Numbered from the stretch's first letter, positions 21,414 to 31,933 are shown. The stretch is 64,000 nucleotides of DNA from an uncultured Gemmatimonadaceae bacterium (GCA_963829055.1 CAWHHI010000006.1:448001-512000); one strand, 5' to 3'. A program made the numbers and translations. The notes: generated by a model from the sequence alone, not told the origin.

Positions 21414-23583
21414 TCGCCGCGGCACTCGCTCTCGCCGTCGCTATGCCCGCGCAACGTGCGCGCCCGTGTGTGCCGCGGGCGACGATCCTAACGCGAGCGT
21501 CGTTCTCAATTGCATGACGCTGGTGCCCGTCCCCGACTGTCCCGGACGGCGGCGGGCATCGTGCATCTGCGTCCCGTCCCCACGCCATTTGGCGTGGCCG
21601 TACACGCCGACGGGCGCCCTCGCTATCGACTGGTCGCCACCTTCGACGGATTGCCGGCTCCAGCCTCCCTCGGCGACTACAGCGTCTACGTCGCGTGGGT
21701 CTATACGGTGTCGCTGGACAGCGTGCGTGAAGCTCGGCCCGGTGCGGAACGGCGTCGTGGATCTGGGCGAGCTGTCCTATCCACAATTCCGGATTCTCGT
21801 GAGTGCGGAGCGGTCCGCGGACGTGCGCGAGCGCGGGCGGCAAGCTCGATTCTCCGCGGAACATCGCCCGAGCGCTCGGCTCCTGGCGCATCGTGACGTG
21901 GTGCAGCCGTCGGCGCCCGGTGCCCTCCGCGACGCCGGCCCCCCGCGCGACACCGGCATGGCGTCCATGCACGATGCGCCTAACGCTGGTCACGGTTCAT
22001 GGCCGATGCCGCCCATGCCTGCCAACATGCCGAGCGTCAGCATGATGGGCATGACCGACTTGGTGCCGCGCGTCGGTCCGTTCCTTCCTGGCGCCGGGGT
22101 CGATCCGGCAGTCCATTCCGCTCTCGCGGCCACGTGAGGTCGTCCGACTCTCCGACGGTGACACGCTTCGACTCGAGTCGGGCCTCGTCCGCCGCACGAT
22201 CGGCGGGAAGACGGTCGTGATGTACGGTTTCAACGGCCAACATCCCGGGCCGCTCATCGATGTGCGCGAAGGGTGCGACGCATCGTCGTTCGCTTCCGCA
22301 ACGGCATCGAGCAGCCGAGTGCGGTGCACTGGCACGGCGTGCGGCTCGACAATCGGTTCGATGGAGTTCGTCGGCGTCACGCAGGACGCTGTGCCCCCGG
22401 GCGGGACGTTCACGTACGTCGTGCGCTTTCCGGACGCCGGCATCTACTGGTATCACCCGCACGTGCGTGAGGACATCGCAGCAGGACCTCGGTCTTTACG
22501 GCAACATGCTCGTGCGTCCGGCGTCATCCGGATATTTCGCGCCGGTGAACCGCGAGCAGGTGCTGATGCTCGACGACCTGCTGGTGGGGGACGATGGCCT
22601 AACGCCGCACGGGGCGGAGTCGCCGACGCACGCGTTGATGGGGCGATTCGGCAACGTCATGCTCGTGAATGGCGAGCCGCGCTACGATCTCGTCCGTGCG
22701 GCGTGGTGAGATCGTGCGATTTTATCTGACGAACGCGTCGAACGCGCGGTTGTTCAACGTGTCGTTCGCTGGCGCGCGGATGAAGGTCGTCGCCAGCGAC
22801 GTCGGGCAAGTTCGAGCGCGAGGCGATGGGTGTCGAGCGTGGTGATCGCGCCGGCGGAGCGATACGTCATCGACGTCGAGTTCGCGCGCGCCGGGCGGGT
22901 GGCGCTGGTGAATCGCGTGCAGGCGCTCGATCACATGTTCGGACGTCTACTCGCCGGAGACGGATACGCTCGGCGTCGTGCAGGTCGGCGATGCGCCCGG
23001 CGGCGCCTCGTTACGCGGCGCAGTTCGCCGAGCTGCGTCGCAACGCCGATGTCGCGGCGGAGATCGCGCCGTTCCGTCGGCTGTTCGACGCGCCACCCGA
23101 CGCACTCGCTCGTGCTCACGATGCGCACGCAGGGTCTGCCGGCGGTCGTGTCGAACATGCTCATCGGCGATCAACGCGCCGGTCGAGTGGAACGACGGCA
23201 TGGCGATGATGAACTGGGTCGCGACGGCGAAGGAAGTGAGCTGGGTGCTTCGCGATCCGGACACGCGGCAAGGAGAACATGGACGATCGACTGGCGCTTC
23301 CGAGTCGGGCGACGTGGTGAAGCTCCGGGTGTTCAACGATCCGGCGTCGAGTCACGCGATGGATCACCCACTTCACCTGCACGGCCAGCGCTTTCTCGTG
23401 GTGAGTCGCGACGGCGTTCGGACGACGAATCTCGTATGGAAGGACACGGCGATCATCCCGGCGGGTGAGACGGTAGACCTGTTGGTCGACATGGCGAACC
23501 CAGGGCGCTGGATGATACACTGCCACATCGCCGAGCATCTCGGGGCGGGGATGATGGGCGTGTTCAGTGTCGATCCCGGTGAG
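21409..23583 (+). CDS. Multicopper oxidase (CueO/SufI-like) with N-terminal extension; many frameshifts, ends approximate
   Basis: VHWHG, YWYHPH, HPLHLHG, WMIHCHIAEHLGAGMM; Met-rich segment MPPMPANMPSVSMMGM. Confidence 0.85.
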
Positions 23584-23587
23584 CACA

Positions 23588-23892
23588 GACAGGACAACGG
23601 AAACTGCAGGACAGGACAACAGCAACGGCAACTGCAAGACAGGACGACAGACTGCAACAGCAGGACAGGATGGCCAGGATTGGCAGGATTGAAGAAGATG
23701 ACACGCCTCGGCGTCCGGGAGCGCGTCGCCGGGGCCTAACGAATGAAGGAACATGATGCGACACGGAGCCTCTGTTCAATCCTGTCCATCCTGCCAATCC
23801 TGTCATGCAGTTGCCGTTGCAGTTGCCGTCACCGGCCTCGCGTGTTGGGCAGCCGTCATCCTGCCAATGCTGGCCATCCTGTCTTGCAGTTC
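23588..23892. repeat. Intergenic long imperfect inverted repeat built of ~9-mer CAGGAT units
   Basis: GACAGGATGGCCAGGATTGGCAGGAT pairs with ATCCTGCCAATGCTGGCCATCCTGTC; AACTGCAAGACAGGA pairs with TCCTGTCTTGCAGTT. Confidence 0.8.
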
Positions 23893-23937
23893 TGGTAAGT
23901 GGCCGATGAAAACCTCTTCTCTCGAGGACTGGATACG

Positions 23938-25347
23938 ATGCTTCGAATGATTCGTGCTGTCGCAATAGGGCTACTGCTCGCTGGGCCGTTAGGCGCACAG
24001 GCGCGTGAGCTCGCCGCGCCGCTCAAGCCATACGTGACCGTGAACGATCCTGTCGTCGCGCTCACGAACGTGCGCGTCATCGACGGCACGGGCGCGCCCG
24101 TGAAGGAGGGGCAGACGATCGTCATTCGCGGCGAGAAGATCGCGGCCGTCGGGCCGGCGAGCTCGGTGACCGTGCCGGCTGGCGCGCGAACGATCGATCT
24201 CTCCGGGAAGACCGTGATCCCCGGGATCATCGGGCTGCACGACCACATGTACTACGGCGGCATGAAGTTCATGGGCGTGAGCTACCCGCGTCTCTTCCTC
24301 TCCGCCGGCGTGACGACCATCCGCACGACTGGCAGCGTCGACGCGTACCAGGAGCTCAACCTCAAGCGCCTCAGCGACTCGCTGCAGATCGTCGCGCCGA
24401 CGATCGTCGTGACCGGACCGTACCTGCAGGGCGCGGGTTCAGGCTTCGTCACGATGCCGGCGCTCTCCGGCCCGGAGAGCGCGCGCCGCATGGTGCGCTA
24501 CTGGGCCGAGGAAGGTGTCACGTGGTTCAAGGCGTACACGCAGATCTCGCGCGCGGAGCTCGGCGCCGCGATCGACGAGGCGCACAAGCACGGCGTGAAG
24601 GTCACGGCGCATCTGTGCTCCGTCGGCTTCCGCGAAGCCGTTGCGTTAGGCATCGACGCGCTCGAGCACGGGATGCTCACGAACACGGAATGGTATTCGG
24701 GCAAGAAGCCGGACCAGTGTCCGCAGGCGTCCACGGGCGACATGTACGGCGCGCTCGACATCAACAGCCCCGAGGTGCAGCGCACGATCCAGGAGATGGT
24801 GAAGAAGAAGGTGGCGATGACGTCGACGCTGGACGTGTTCGAGCTGTCGAGCCCGAGCCGAGTGCCGGTCGATCAGCGCGTGCTGGACGCGCTGTATCCG
24901 GACATGTCGAAGTCGGTGGCCAAGTACTACGAGGGCGGGAAGACGGCGAACGATTCAGTCGAGCGGGCGGCGTTCAAGAAGTCGATGGAATTCGAGCGCG
25001 CATTCGTGAAGGCCGGCGGTTTGTTAGGCGCCGGCTCCGACCCGTGCTGCCTCAGCTCCATCGCTGGCTATGGCGATCAGCGTAACTACGAGCTGCTCAT
25101 CGAGGCCGGCTTCACGCCGGAGCAGGCGGTGCAGATCATGACGTCGAACGGCGCGAAGATCCTCGGCTTCGACAAGACGGTCGGTACGATCGCACCGGGC
25201 ATGCAGGCGGATCTCGTGGTCATCGCGGGGAATCCGGTGCAGACCCCGGCCGACATTCGCAACGTCGAGACGGTGTTCCGCCGCGGCCTCGGCTACGACT
25301 CGGCGAAGCTCAAGGAGTCGATCAAGGGGCTCGTCGGGCTGCGCTGA
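23938..25347 (+). CDS. Secreted amidohydrolase family protein
   Basis: Signal peptide; VIPGIIGLHDH, VTAHLCS, LEHG, GSD, GTIAPGMQADLVV. Confidence 0.9.
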   Translation: MLRMIRAVAIGLLLAGPLGAQARELAAPLKPYVTVNDPVVALTNVRVIDGTGAPVKEGQTIVIRGEKIAAVGPASSVTVPAGARTIDLSGKTVIPGIIGLHDHMYYGGMKFMGVSYPRLFLSAGVTTIRTTGSVDAYQELNLKRLSDSLQIVAPTIVVTGPYLQGAGSGFVTMPALSGPESARRMVRYWAEEGVTWFKAYTQISRAELGAAIDEAHKHGVKVTAHLCSVGFREAVALGIDALEHGMLTNTEWYSGKKPDQCPQASTGDMYGALDINSPEVQRTIQEMVKKKVAMTSTLDVFELSSPSRVPVDQRVLDALYPDMSKSVAKYYEGGKTANDSVERAAFKKSMEFERAFVKAGGLLGAGSDPCCLSSIAGYGDQRNYELLIEAGFTPEQAVQIMTSNGAKILGFDKTVGTIAPGMQADLVVIAGNPVQTPADIRNVETVFRRGLGYDSAKLKESIKGLVGLR

Positions 25348-25406
25348 CGCGTACTCGGCGGTCTGTGGCCGCCGCGCCAACGTCGACGTGATCGCCGAGC
25401 TGAACG

Positions 25407-25441
25407 AGCGGCCCCGATCGTTCCGGGGCCGCTTTCGTTTT
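25407..25441 (+). terminator. Rho-independent terminator
   Basis: AGCGGCCCCG-loop-CGGGGCCGCT followed by TTCGTTTT. Confidence 0.75.
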
Positions 25442-25453
25442 GAGTTCCGGCCA

Positions 25454-25480
25454 TGTCGATTCCGCGGACCGTCGTTCGAC
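25454..25480 (+). promoter_or_regulatory. Putative ECF42-type sigma promoter
   Basis: TGTCGA-N17-CGAC upstream of DGPF genes, matching the reported ECF42 consensus (TGTCGA / CG(A/T)C). Confidence 0.65.
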
Positions 25481-25556
25481 GTGTCGGTAGAGGCGAGTAC
25501 GAAGCGCGCCCGGAACGACTGTCGCGTGACGCCCGAACTTCATAGGAGACAACGCA

Positions 25557-25976
25557 ATGCGATTCCTCATGATCATGTATCCCGATCGCGCGGCCGAGTC
25601 AGCTGCGGTGCCTGACTGGAAGGCGATGGAAGCCATGATGCAGTACAACGAAGAGCTCGCGAAGGCCGGTGTTCTGATTACTCTGGATGGATTGCACCCG
25701 AGCTCGAAGGGCGCTCGCGTCTACTTCCCCGATGGCAAACCCAAGGTACAGGACGGTCCATTCACTGAAGCGAAAGAGCTCGTCGGCGGGTTCTGGATGC
25801 TACAGGTGAAGTCGAAGGACGAAGCCGTGGAGTGGGCCAAGAAGGTCCCGACCACGGGCACGAACTTCGTCGAGCTCCGCCAGGTGTTCGAGATGAGTGA
25901 GTTCCCCGAGGACATTCGGAAGGCAACCGAGAACTCCGCAACCAGGGCGCAGGTCGAGAAGCACGCTCGCGCCTGA
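25557..25976 (+). CDS. YciI/DGPF domain protein 1
   Basis: GLHPSSKG...QDGPFTEAKELVGGFW. Confidence 0.92.
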   Translation: MRFLMIMYPDRAAESAAVPDWKAMEAMMQYNEELAKAGVLITLDGLHPSSKGARVYFPDGKPKVQDGPFTEAKELVGGFWMLQVKSKDEAVEWAKKVPTTGTNFVELRQVFEMSEFPEDIRKATENSATRAQVEKHARA

Positions 25977-26014
25977 CGAAGTCCCGATTACCGACACAGC
26001 ACGGAGATGCCACG

Positions 26015-26440
26015 ATGCGATTCATGATCATCCGCAGAGCGGACAAGGCCACCGAGGCGGGCGTGATGCCCAGCGAGCAGACGCTCACGTTGATGGGCAA
26101 CTACATGCAGGACATGGTGAACGCCGGCGTGCTCCTCGGCGGCGAAGGACTCAAGCCGACGTCCGCCGGCGCGCTCGTCAAGTTCACGAACGGAAAGCCG
26201 AAGGTGATCGACGGGCCGTTCACCGAAGCGAAGGAGCTGATCGCCGGCTACGCGCTGATCCAGGTCAACTCACGAGAGGAAGCGCTGGAGTGGGTGAAGC
26301 GATGGCCGGCGGTGGACATCGACGCCAACGTCGAGCTGGAGCTTCGCGAGATGTTCGAGGCGGATGACTTCGGCAAGGAGTTCACGCCCGAGCTCCGCGA
26401 GCAGGAAGAGCGCATGCGCGCACAGATCGGTACCAAATAG
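26015..26440 (+). CDS. YciI/DGPF domain protein 2
   Basis: GEGLKPTS...IDGPFTEAKELIAGY. Confidence 0.92.
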   Translation: MRFMIIRRADKATEAGVMPSEQTLTLMGNYMQDMVNAGVLLGGEGLKPTSAGALVKFTNGKPKVIDGPFTEAKELIAGYALIQVNSREEALEWVKRWPAVDIDANVELELREMFEADDFGKEFTPELREQEERMRAQIGTK

Positions 26441-26484
26441 CGCTCCGCAATTCCAACGACATCAACGACTCGAGAGGACGAACG

Positions 26485-26862
26485 ATGAAATACATGATGA
26501 TGCTGCGAACGGACGAGAATTTCACCGAGGCTGGCCCGCCGCCGAAGGAGCTGTTCGAGCGAATGGACAAGTTCATGGAGGAATCGACGAAGGCTGGATC
26601 GCTCGTCTGGGCGGGTGGCCTGATGCACACGTCGAAGGGCGCCAAGGTCAGCCTGTCGAAGAACGGAAAGATCTCGGTCGTCGACGGGCCGTTCACGGAG
26701 GCGAAGGAAGTCATCGGCGGGTTCGCGGTCATCGAGGCGAAATCAAAAGAAGAGGCGATCGAGCACGCGAAGCGGTTCATGGAGCTGCATCGCGACACGT
26801 GGAAGGGTTGGGAGGGCGTCTCGGAGATCCGCGAGATGCATGGCGAGCCGCCCCGGCCGTAG
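26485..26862 (+). CDS. YciI/DGPF domain protein 3
   Basis: VVDGPFTEAKEVIGGF. Confidence 0.92.
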   Translation: MKYMMMLRTDENFTEAGPPPKELFERMDKFMEESTKAGSLVWAGGLMHTSKGAKVSLSKNGKISVVDGPFTEAKEVIGGFAVIEAKSKEEAIEHAKRFMELHRDTWKGWEGVSEIREMHGEPPRP

Positions 26863-26956
26863 CCCGAGCCTAACGTGGGAATGCCGGGCTCCGGTTCAGC
26901 TTCTCGAACCGGAGCCCTCTTGCGAATTGGCCCTGGCGGGCGCAGCGTCCTGCCCG

Positions 26957-27601
26957 ATGAACGTCACCACGCTCTCGCCCGATAACGTCGTGGAGGTCGT
27001 GTCGGTGCTCACCGACGCGTTCCATGACTACCCGGTGATGCGCTTCGTGCTCGGCCCAGACGCAGCCGGTGTCGGCGCGCCGTACAACGTGCGCCTGCAC
27101 CGGCTGCTGCAGCTGTTCGTGAGCGCTCGCTCGTACCGCAACGAGCCGATGCTCGGAGTGCGCGACAGCGCAGGCGCGCTCATCGCCGCGGCGGTGATGT
27201 CGCTGCCCGACGCCCAGGACCCACCGCCAACGTTCATCGCGCTTCGCGAATCGATCTGGGCGGAGCTCGGCGCGGAGGCCCGCGCGCGTTACGACTCCTA
27301 CGTACTATCGGCCCGGTTCTTCGAGCAGACGCCGCGGCACCACCACCTCAACATGATCGGCGTGCGACGGTCGCAGCAGCGGAGCGGCCTCGCGCGCGTG
27401 CTGCTCGGCGCGGTGCACGATCTCGCGAGCCGAGATCCGGGCTCGGCCGGCGTGAGCCTAACGACAGAGCGGCCGGAGAACGTCGTGCTGTACGAGCACT
27501 TCGGTTACCACGTCGTCGGTCATGCGCGGGTCTCTTCGACGGAGGAGACGTGGGGGATGTTCCGACCGCGCGACGGAACCGCAGCCTCGTCGACATCGTA
27601 A
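26957..27601 (+). CDS. GNAT family N-acetyltransferase
   Basis: DAFHDYPVM, HLNMIGVRRSQQRSGLA, ENVVLYEHFGY. Confidence 0.85.
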   Translation: MNVTTLSPDNVVEVVSVLTDAFHDYPVMRFVLGPDAAGVGAPYNVRLHRLLQLFVSARSYRNEPMLGVRDSAGALIAAAVMSLPDAQDPPPTFIALRESIWAELGAEARARYDSYVLSARFFEQTPRHHHLNMIGVRRSQQRSGLARVLLGAVHDLASRDPGSAGVSLTTERPENVVLYEHFGYHVVGHARVSSTEETWGMFRPRDGTAASSTS

Positions 27602-27745
27602 CGTGGGGTCGTAGCGTCAGCGCCGACTCGATCACGCCTCGGCCCGCCATATCACTACTCGCAGTCGGCGCGTTGCCGCGTTGCAGGGCGCCCAGCATGG
27701 TTGCGCGCCCCGGACCACGATTTCTCCACGACGGCGCCCCTGATC

Positions 27746-28290
27746 ATGCGACGCATCACCCACGGGTCGGTTCTCGTTCTCCTTGTTGTCGCCAGCGCAT
27801 GTGCTGGCCGTGCCTCTGCTCCGTCGGCCCCGTCTGTCGATCCTGTCGCGCGTCTCACGGAGGGCTTCGACGCGAACGTCCGGCGAGACGTGGAGACGCT
27901 GCGCAGCGCGACGAGCAAGTTCCACGATCTCACCGCGGCCGAAACGGCGGGCTATCCGACGAAGATGCCCATGTGCGTTGCCGACTCCACGATGGGCGGC
28001 ATGGGACATCATCTCATCGACCGTCAACTGGTCGACGACAAGCTGGAGATCGAGCGGCCCGAGATGTTGATCTACGCGCCGTCGGGGAACGGGAAGGGGA
28101 GGTAGAGTTGGTCGGCGTCGAGTACATCGTGCCGTACCGGTTTCTGCCGTCAACGGAGAAGCCGCCGCGCCTGTTCGGGCAGGAGCTCAAGCGATACGAC
28201 CAGTACAACTACTGGGAGCTGCACGTGTGGGCGTGGCGTCATAACGCGGCCGGGTTGTTCGCGGACTGGAACCCAGCGGTGAAGTGTTGA
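27746..28290 (+). CDS. Hypothetical lipoprotein (frameshifted)
   Basis: Lipobox-like ASAC; GGMGHHL...PEMLIY, LVGVEYIVP, ELHVWAWRHNAAGLFADWNP. Confidence 0.7.
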
Positions 28291-28292
28291 TA

Positions 28293-28392
28293 TGTCATCC
28301 CGAGCGCCAGCGAGGGATCTCCTCTGATGTCATAGTAGGCAGTCCGGCCACGCTGACGTTCGAGAAGATCCCTCGCTTCGCTCGGGATGACA
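28293..28392. repeat. Palindromic repeat family A, copy 4 (reverse orientation)
   Basis: TGTCATCCCGAGCG..GCGAGGGATCT..CAGTCCGGCCACGCTGACGTTCGAGAAGATCCCTCGC..CTCGGGATGACA. Confidence 0.9.
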
Positions 28393-28408
28393 CCTTGGCA
28401 CCTTGGCG

Positions 28409-29398
28409 CTACGGCACCTTCTCCGCGAGAAAGCGCTCGACCTCCGGCCAGACGAGCTCCGGGCGCTCCGCATACGTGAAGTGAGCGGCCTTCGGAACGC
28501 GAATCAGGCGCGCGTGCGGCAGCGAAGTCACCCACTCCTCGACCAAGTCCATCGGAATGGATTCCTGTTCGCCATGTACGACGAGCGTCGGCACGTCGAG
28601 GCGCTTCAGCTGCTCGCGAAGATCCCAGTCGCCATAGGACCCCATCACGACGCGATTCGTGATCGTGAGTCCATAGCGAATGCCCGCCGGGTCCGACGCG
28701 CACAGATCGCTCTTGATCAGCGGCAGCGTACGATCCGGCTCGGCCAGACGAGGACGCATGCCGACCGCCCAGTAATCACGGCATGCCTGACGCGTGTCCG
28801 CGTTAGGGTCGGCGAGCCGGCGGCTCGCGTCAGCCGCACGGGCGCGGGCAGCTGGGTCCAGTCGCTGGTTCATGCTCGCGCCAAACCGCTTCCAGAAGTC
28901 GCCACGCCGAGGTGGAACCGGCCCGAAGAACACCATCCGTCGCACCGCCTCGGGGTGCGCGAGCGCGTACGATGCCGCGAGCAGCGGCCCGTATGAATGC
29001 GCCACGAGTGTGACATGCTGCACGCCGAAATGACGCCGCACCTCGTCGAGGTCGGCGATCTGACGTTTCACGAAGAGACGGGACGTGTCCTTCGGCAACT
29101 CGGACCGGCCGGCGCCTCGCTGGTCGTAGAAGATCACCACGTGGCGCCCCGCGAGCGGCGCGAAGTCACCGGCGATGCTCTCGAGATCCACGCCTGGCCC
29201 GCCGTGAATGGCGATGAGCGTGTCGCCACGCTGCCCCATCACGCGATAGAACAGGCGGGCCGAGTCGGAGGTGGTGACGTAGCCTTCACGGACGGTTGCG
29301 CGCACAGCTGGTTTGTTCTGGGCGGCTGCACACATCGGCGCGAACACGCGCATGGTCACAGCGGCAACAACGGCGCAGCGAAGTTTTCGGTTGCACAT
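28409..29398 (-). CDS. Alpha/beta hydrolase (proline iminopeptidase-like)
   Basis: IHGGPG, YDQRGAGRS, AHSYG nucleophile elbow, AAHF. Confidence 0.88.
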   Translation of the reverse strand: MCNRKLRCAVVAAVTMRVFAPMCAAAQNKPAVRATVREGYVTTSDSARLFYRVMGQRGDTLIAIHGGPGVDLESIAGDFAPLAGRHVVIFYDQRGAGRSELPKDTSRLFVKRQIADLDEVRRHFGVQHVTLVAHSYGPLLAASYALAHPEAVRRMVFFGPVPPRRGDFWKRFGASMNQRLDPAARARAADASRRLADPNADTRQACRDYWAVGMRPRLAEPDRTLPLIKSDLCASDPAGIRYGLTITNRVVMGSYGDWDLREQLKRLDVPTLVVHGEQESIPMDLVEEWVTSLPHARLIRVPKAAHFTYAERPELVWPEVERFLAEKVP

Positions 29399-29596
29399 GA
29401 GTCCAACCTATCCACCGTTCCAGTAGCCGGATACGGCCCGCTCACGACATTGCGCGAGTCGTTCAGGGGGCGGATTCTACACCGATGAGTGCGAATATGC
29501 ATCGTACGGAGACAGCCATGACGCAGGCGCATTGCTTTCTGACCGCGGAGCTGGCGCTCCTGGCTCAGTCACACGCGCGTATCATCGAGTAGCCCA

Positions 29597-30655
29597 ATGC
29601 ACATCGGTCGCGTCCGCCTAACGAACCAGCACATCGCCCGCCCGGTGCTCGACGATCCCGCCGCAGTCGTCGGGTGGTTCGGCGCCGTGCAGGCTCAGGA
29701 CTACCTCGGCGGACTGTGGGCGGTGGGCCTGCGGACGCGAGGCGCGACGGAGGCGAGCGTGGAGGAGGCCATCGCGCGCGGCGAATTCGTGCGCACGTGG
29801 CCCATGCGCGGGACGCTCCATTTCGTCGCGGCGGCGGACGTCCGCTGGATGCTGTCGCTGCTCGCGCCACGTGCTCGTACGGCGGCGTCCGCGCGGTGGC
29901 GACAGCTCGAGCTCGATCACGCGGTCATGGCGCGTAGTGCGAAGGTGGCCGAGAAGGCGCTCGTGGGCGGGAAGCGCGTGCGGCGTGATGCGTTGTACGC
30001 ACTATGGAACAAGGCCGGGATCGCCACGCACGACTCGCGTGGACTGCATATCCTCGGGCACCTGGCGCAGACGGGCCTCATCTGCTTCGGCCCGCGCGAC
30101 GGGAAGCAGCAGACGTTCACGCTCGTCGAGGAGTGGCTTCCGGCCGCGCGATCGCTCGAGCGCGACGTCGCGTTAGGTGAGCTCGCGCGTCGGTACTTCA
30201 CGAGCCACGGGCCGGCCACGGTGCACGACTTCGCGTGGTGGTCCGGCCTCACGGTCACGGATGCGCGTGCTGGCCTCGACGGAGTGAAATCGTCGTTCGA
30301 GAGTGAGATCGTCGATGGACGGACGTTCTGGTTCTCCTCAGCGACGGCGAGCGCGTCGACGGCCGCATACCTGCTCCCGGCGTGGGATGAGTTCACGGTG
30401 GCCTATCGGGACCGCAGCGACGTTCTCGATCCGCGTTTCACGGTCAAGGTGAACGCCGGCGGTGGCGTGCTGAAGCCGGTCATCGTTCTCGGCGGTGCCG
30501 TTGTCGGCACGTGGCAGCGGACCGTCGGGAAGGGGAAGGTAGTCGTTAGGCCGATCCTGTTCGAGCCGCTCTCGCCGGCAAGCACGGGCGCGCTGGAAGC
30601 CGCGACGCGCAAATACGGTCGGTTTCTGGGCGCCGCCGGCGAGGTCGCTGGATAA
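29597..30655 (+). CDS. Winged-helix DNA glycosylase AlkZ-like (HTH_42) protein
   Basis: AVQAQD (QxQ motif), RTWPMRGTLHFV, YFTSHGPATVHDFAWWSG, LLPAWDE. Confidence 0.88.
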   Translation: MHIGRVRLTNQHIARPVLDDPAAVVGWFGAVQAQDYLGGLWAVGLRTRGATEASVEEAIARGEFVRTWPMRGTLHFVAAADVRWMLSLLAPRARTAASARWRQLELDHAVMARSAKVAEKALVGGKRVRRDALYALWNKAGIATHDSRGLHILGHLAQTGLICFGPRDGKQQTFTLVEEWLPAARSLERDVALGELARRYFTSHGPATVHDFAWWSGLTVTDARAGLDGVKSSFESEIVDGRTFWFSSATASASTAAYLLPAWDEFTVAYRDRSDVLDPRFTVKVNAGGGVLKPVIVLGGAVVGTWQRTVGKGKVVVRPILFEPLSPASTGALEAATRKYGRFLGAAGEVAG

Positions 30656-30691
30656 TGAGGAAATCCGACCACGCCGACTGCTTCGACACGA

Positions 30692-30938
30692 CATCCAGAA
30701 CCCAGGGTGTGAACGGAAACGACCGGAAACAACTGGAACGGCCGGATCCCAGCGCGACCCGGACAGACCGTGGAACGGGGCCGTTGAAGGAGGGGAACGG
30801 CCTCGTGAGGCCGATGCGTCGCGAGGCCATCCCGCTTTCCATCACGGCTCGTTGCGGGCACCGACTCTCCCCGCATCAGGCCGATCCGCCTGATCCGATG
30901 TTTCCGGCTGTTTCCGTTCACACGCTCTGTTCTGGATG
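30692..30938. repeat. Intergenic long imperfect inverted repeat (~40-bp arms)
   Basis: CATCCAGAACCCAGGGTGTGAACGGAAACGACCGGAAACA pairs with TGTTTCCGGCTGTTTCCGTTCACACGCTCTGTTCTGGATG. Confidence 0.8.
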
Positions 30939-31041
30939 CTTGCTGAAGCCGTCCTCAGCGTCGATGTGCGGAATCTGCGTTCACGGTTGGATATCGAACC
31001 ACGCTATCTGATTTCGGGGGGCGGCCTGCTACTTTGTTCGT

Positions 31042-31716
31042 GTGAAGCCCCATGAACGCCTGGCCGAAGCGACGGCTCCCGATGGTACGCGCCTGACGCT
31101 GATCCGGCACGACGGCGCGTATCTCCTGCGTGCGAACGGTGCCGAGCTCATGTCCACTCGGCGATCGCATTCCGAGGTGGAACTGGCCGACGTCGCCTGT
31201 TCGCGCATCGCCGACCGCGGCGGCGCGCACGTGCTGATCGGCGGCCTGGGACTCGGCTTCACGCTCCGCGCCGCGCTACGGGTGCTCGGGCCGGACGCGC
31301 GGGTGACGGTCGCCGAGATCGTGCAGGCGGTGATCGACTGGAATCGCAACGCCGACTGGGGGCTGAGCGTCGACGCGTTAGGCGACCCACGCGTGACGGT
31401 GCGTCACGCGGACGTGCTGGACGTCCTGCGTGGCAGTGTCGCGGCGTTCGACGCGATCATGCTCGACGTGGACAATGGCGCCGAGGCGATGGTGACGGCG
31501 AAGAACAGCGCGCTGTACCGCGAGACGGGCATCCGCGCGGCGGTTGCCGCGTTGCGTCCAGGTGGGGTGCTCGCCTACTGGTCGGCCGTTGCGGATCCGC
31601 CGTTCGTGAAGGCGCTCAAAGGGTTCGGCCTAACGGTGACGACGCAGCGGAGTCGAGCGCATGGGTCGACCGGGCCCTACCATGAGATCATCGTCGCGAG
31701 GTTGTCGCGGGACTAG
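31042..31716 (+). CDS. Spermidine synthase-like SAM-binding protein
   Basis: ELMSTRRSHSE, VLIGGLGLGFTL, FDAIMLDVDNG. Confidence 0.85.
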   Translation: MKPHERLAEATAPDGTRLTLIRHDGAYLLRANGAELMSTRRSHSEVELADVACSRIADRGGAHVLIGGLGLGFTLRAALRVLGPDARVTVAEIVQAVIDWNRNADWGLSVDALGDPRVTVRHADVLDVLRGSVAAFDAIMLDVDNGAEAMVTAKNSALYRETGIRAAVAALRPGGVLAYWSAVADPPFVKALKGFGLTVTTQRSRAHGSTGPYHEIIVARLSRD

Positions 31717-31727
31717 GCATCCGGCGG

Positions 31728-31880
31728 GGCATGGCCAGTACCAAGTGCGTCAGCGACTGCTCAGTAGGAGGTGTCAGGCATCAGGTCCCGTATCCGCCGG
31801 CTTGGGTCGCCCTTACCCGCAGTGCCCTGATGCCTGACACCTCCTACTGACGCGACTCAGTGCTGAGTACTGGCCATGCC
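31728..31880. repeat. Nested perfect inverted repeats (14 bp + 25 bp) between convergent genes
   Basis: GGCATGGCCAGTAC/GTACTGGCCATGCC and TCAGTAGGAGGTGTCAGGCATCAGG/CCTGATGCCTGACACCTCCTACTGA. Confidence 0.9.
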
Positions 31881-31933
31881 GCCGCGGCGTGGCCGATCGC
31901 CATCGGTCGGCGACCACCGAGCTCAGTCGCTCG

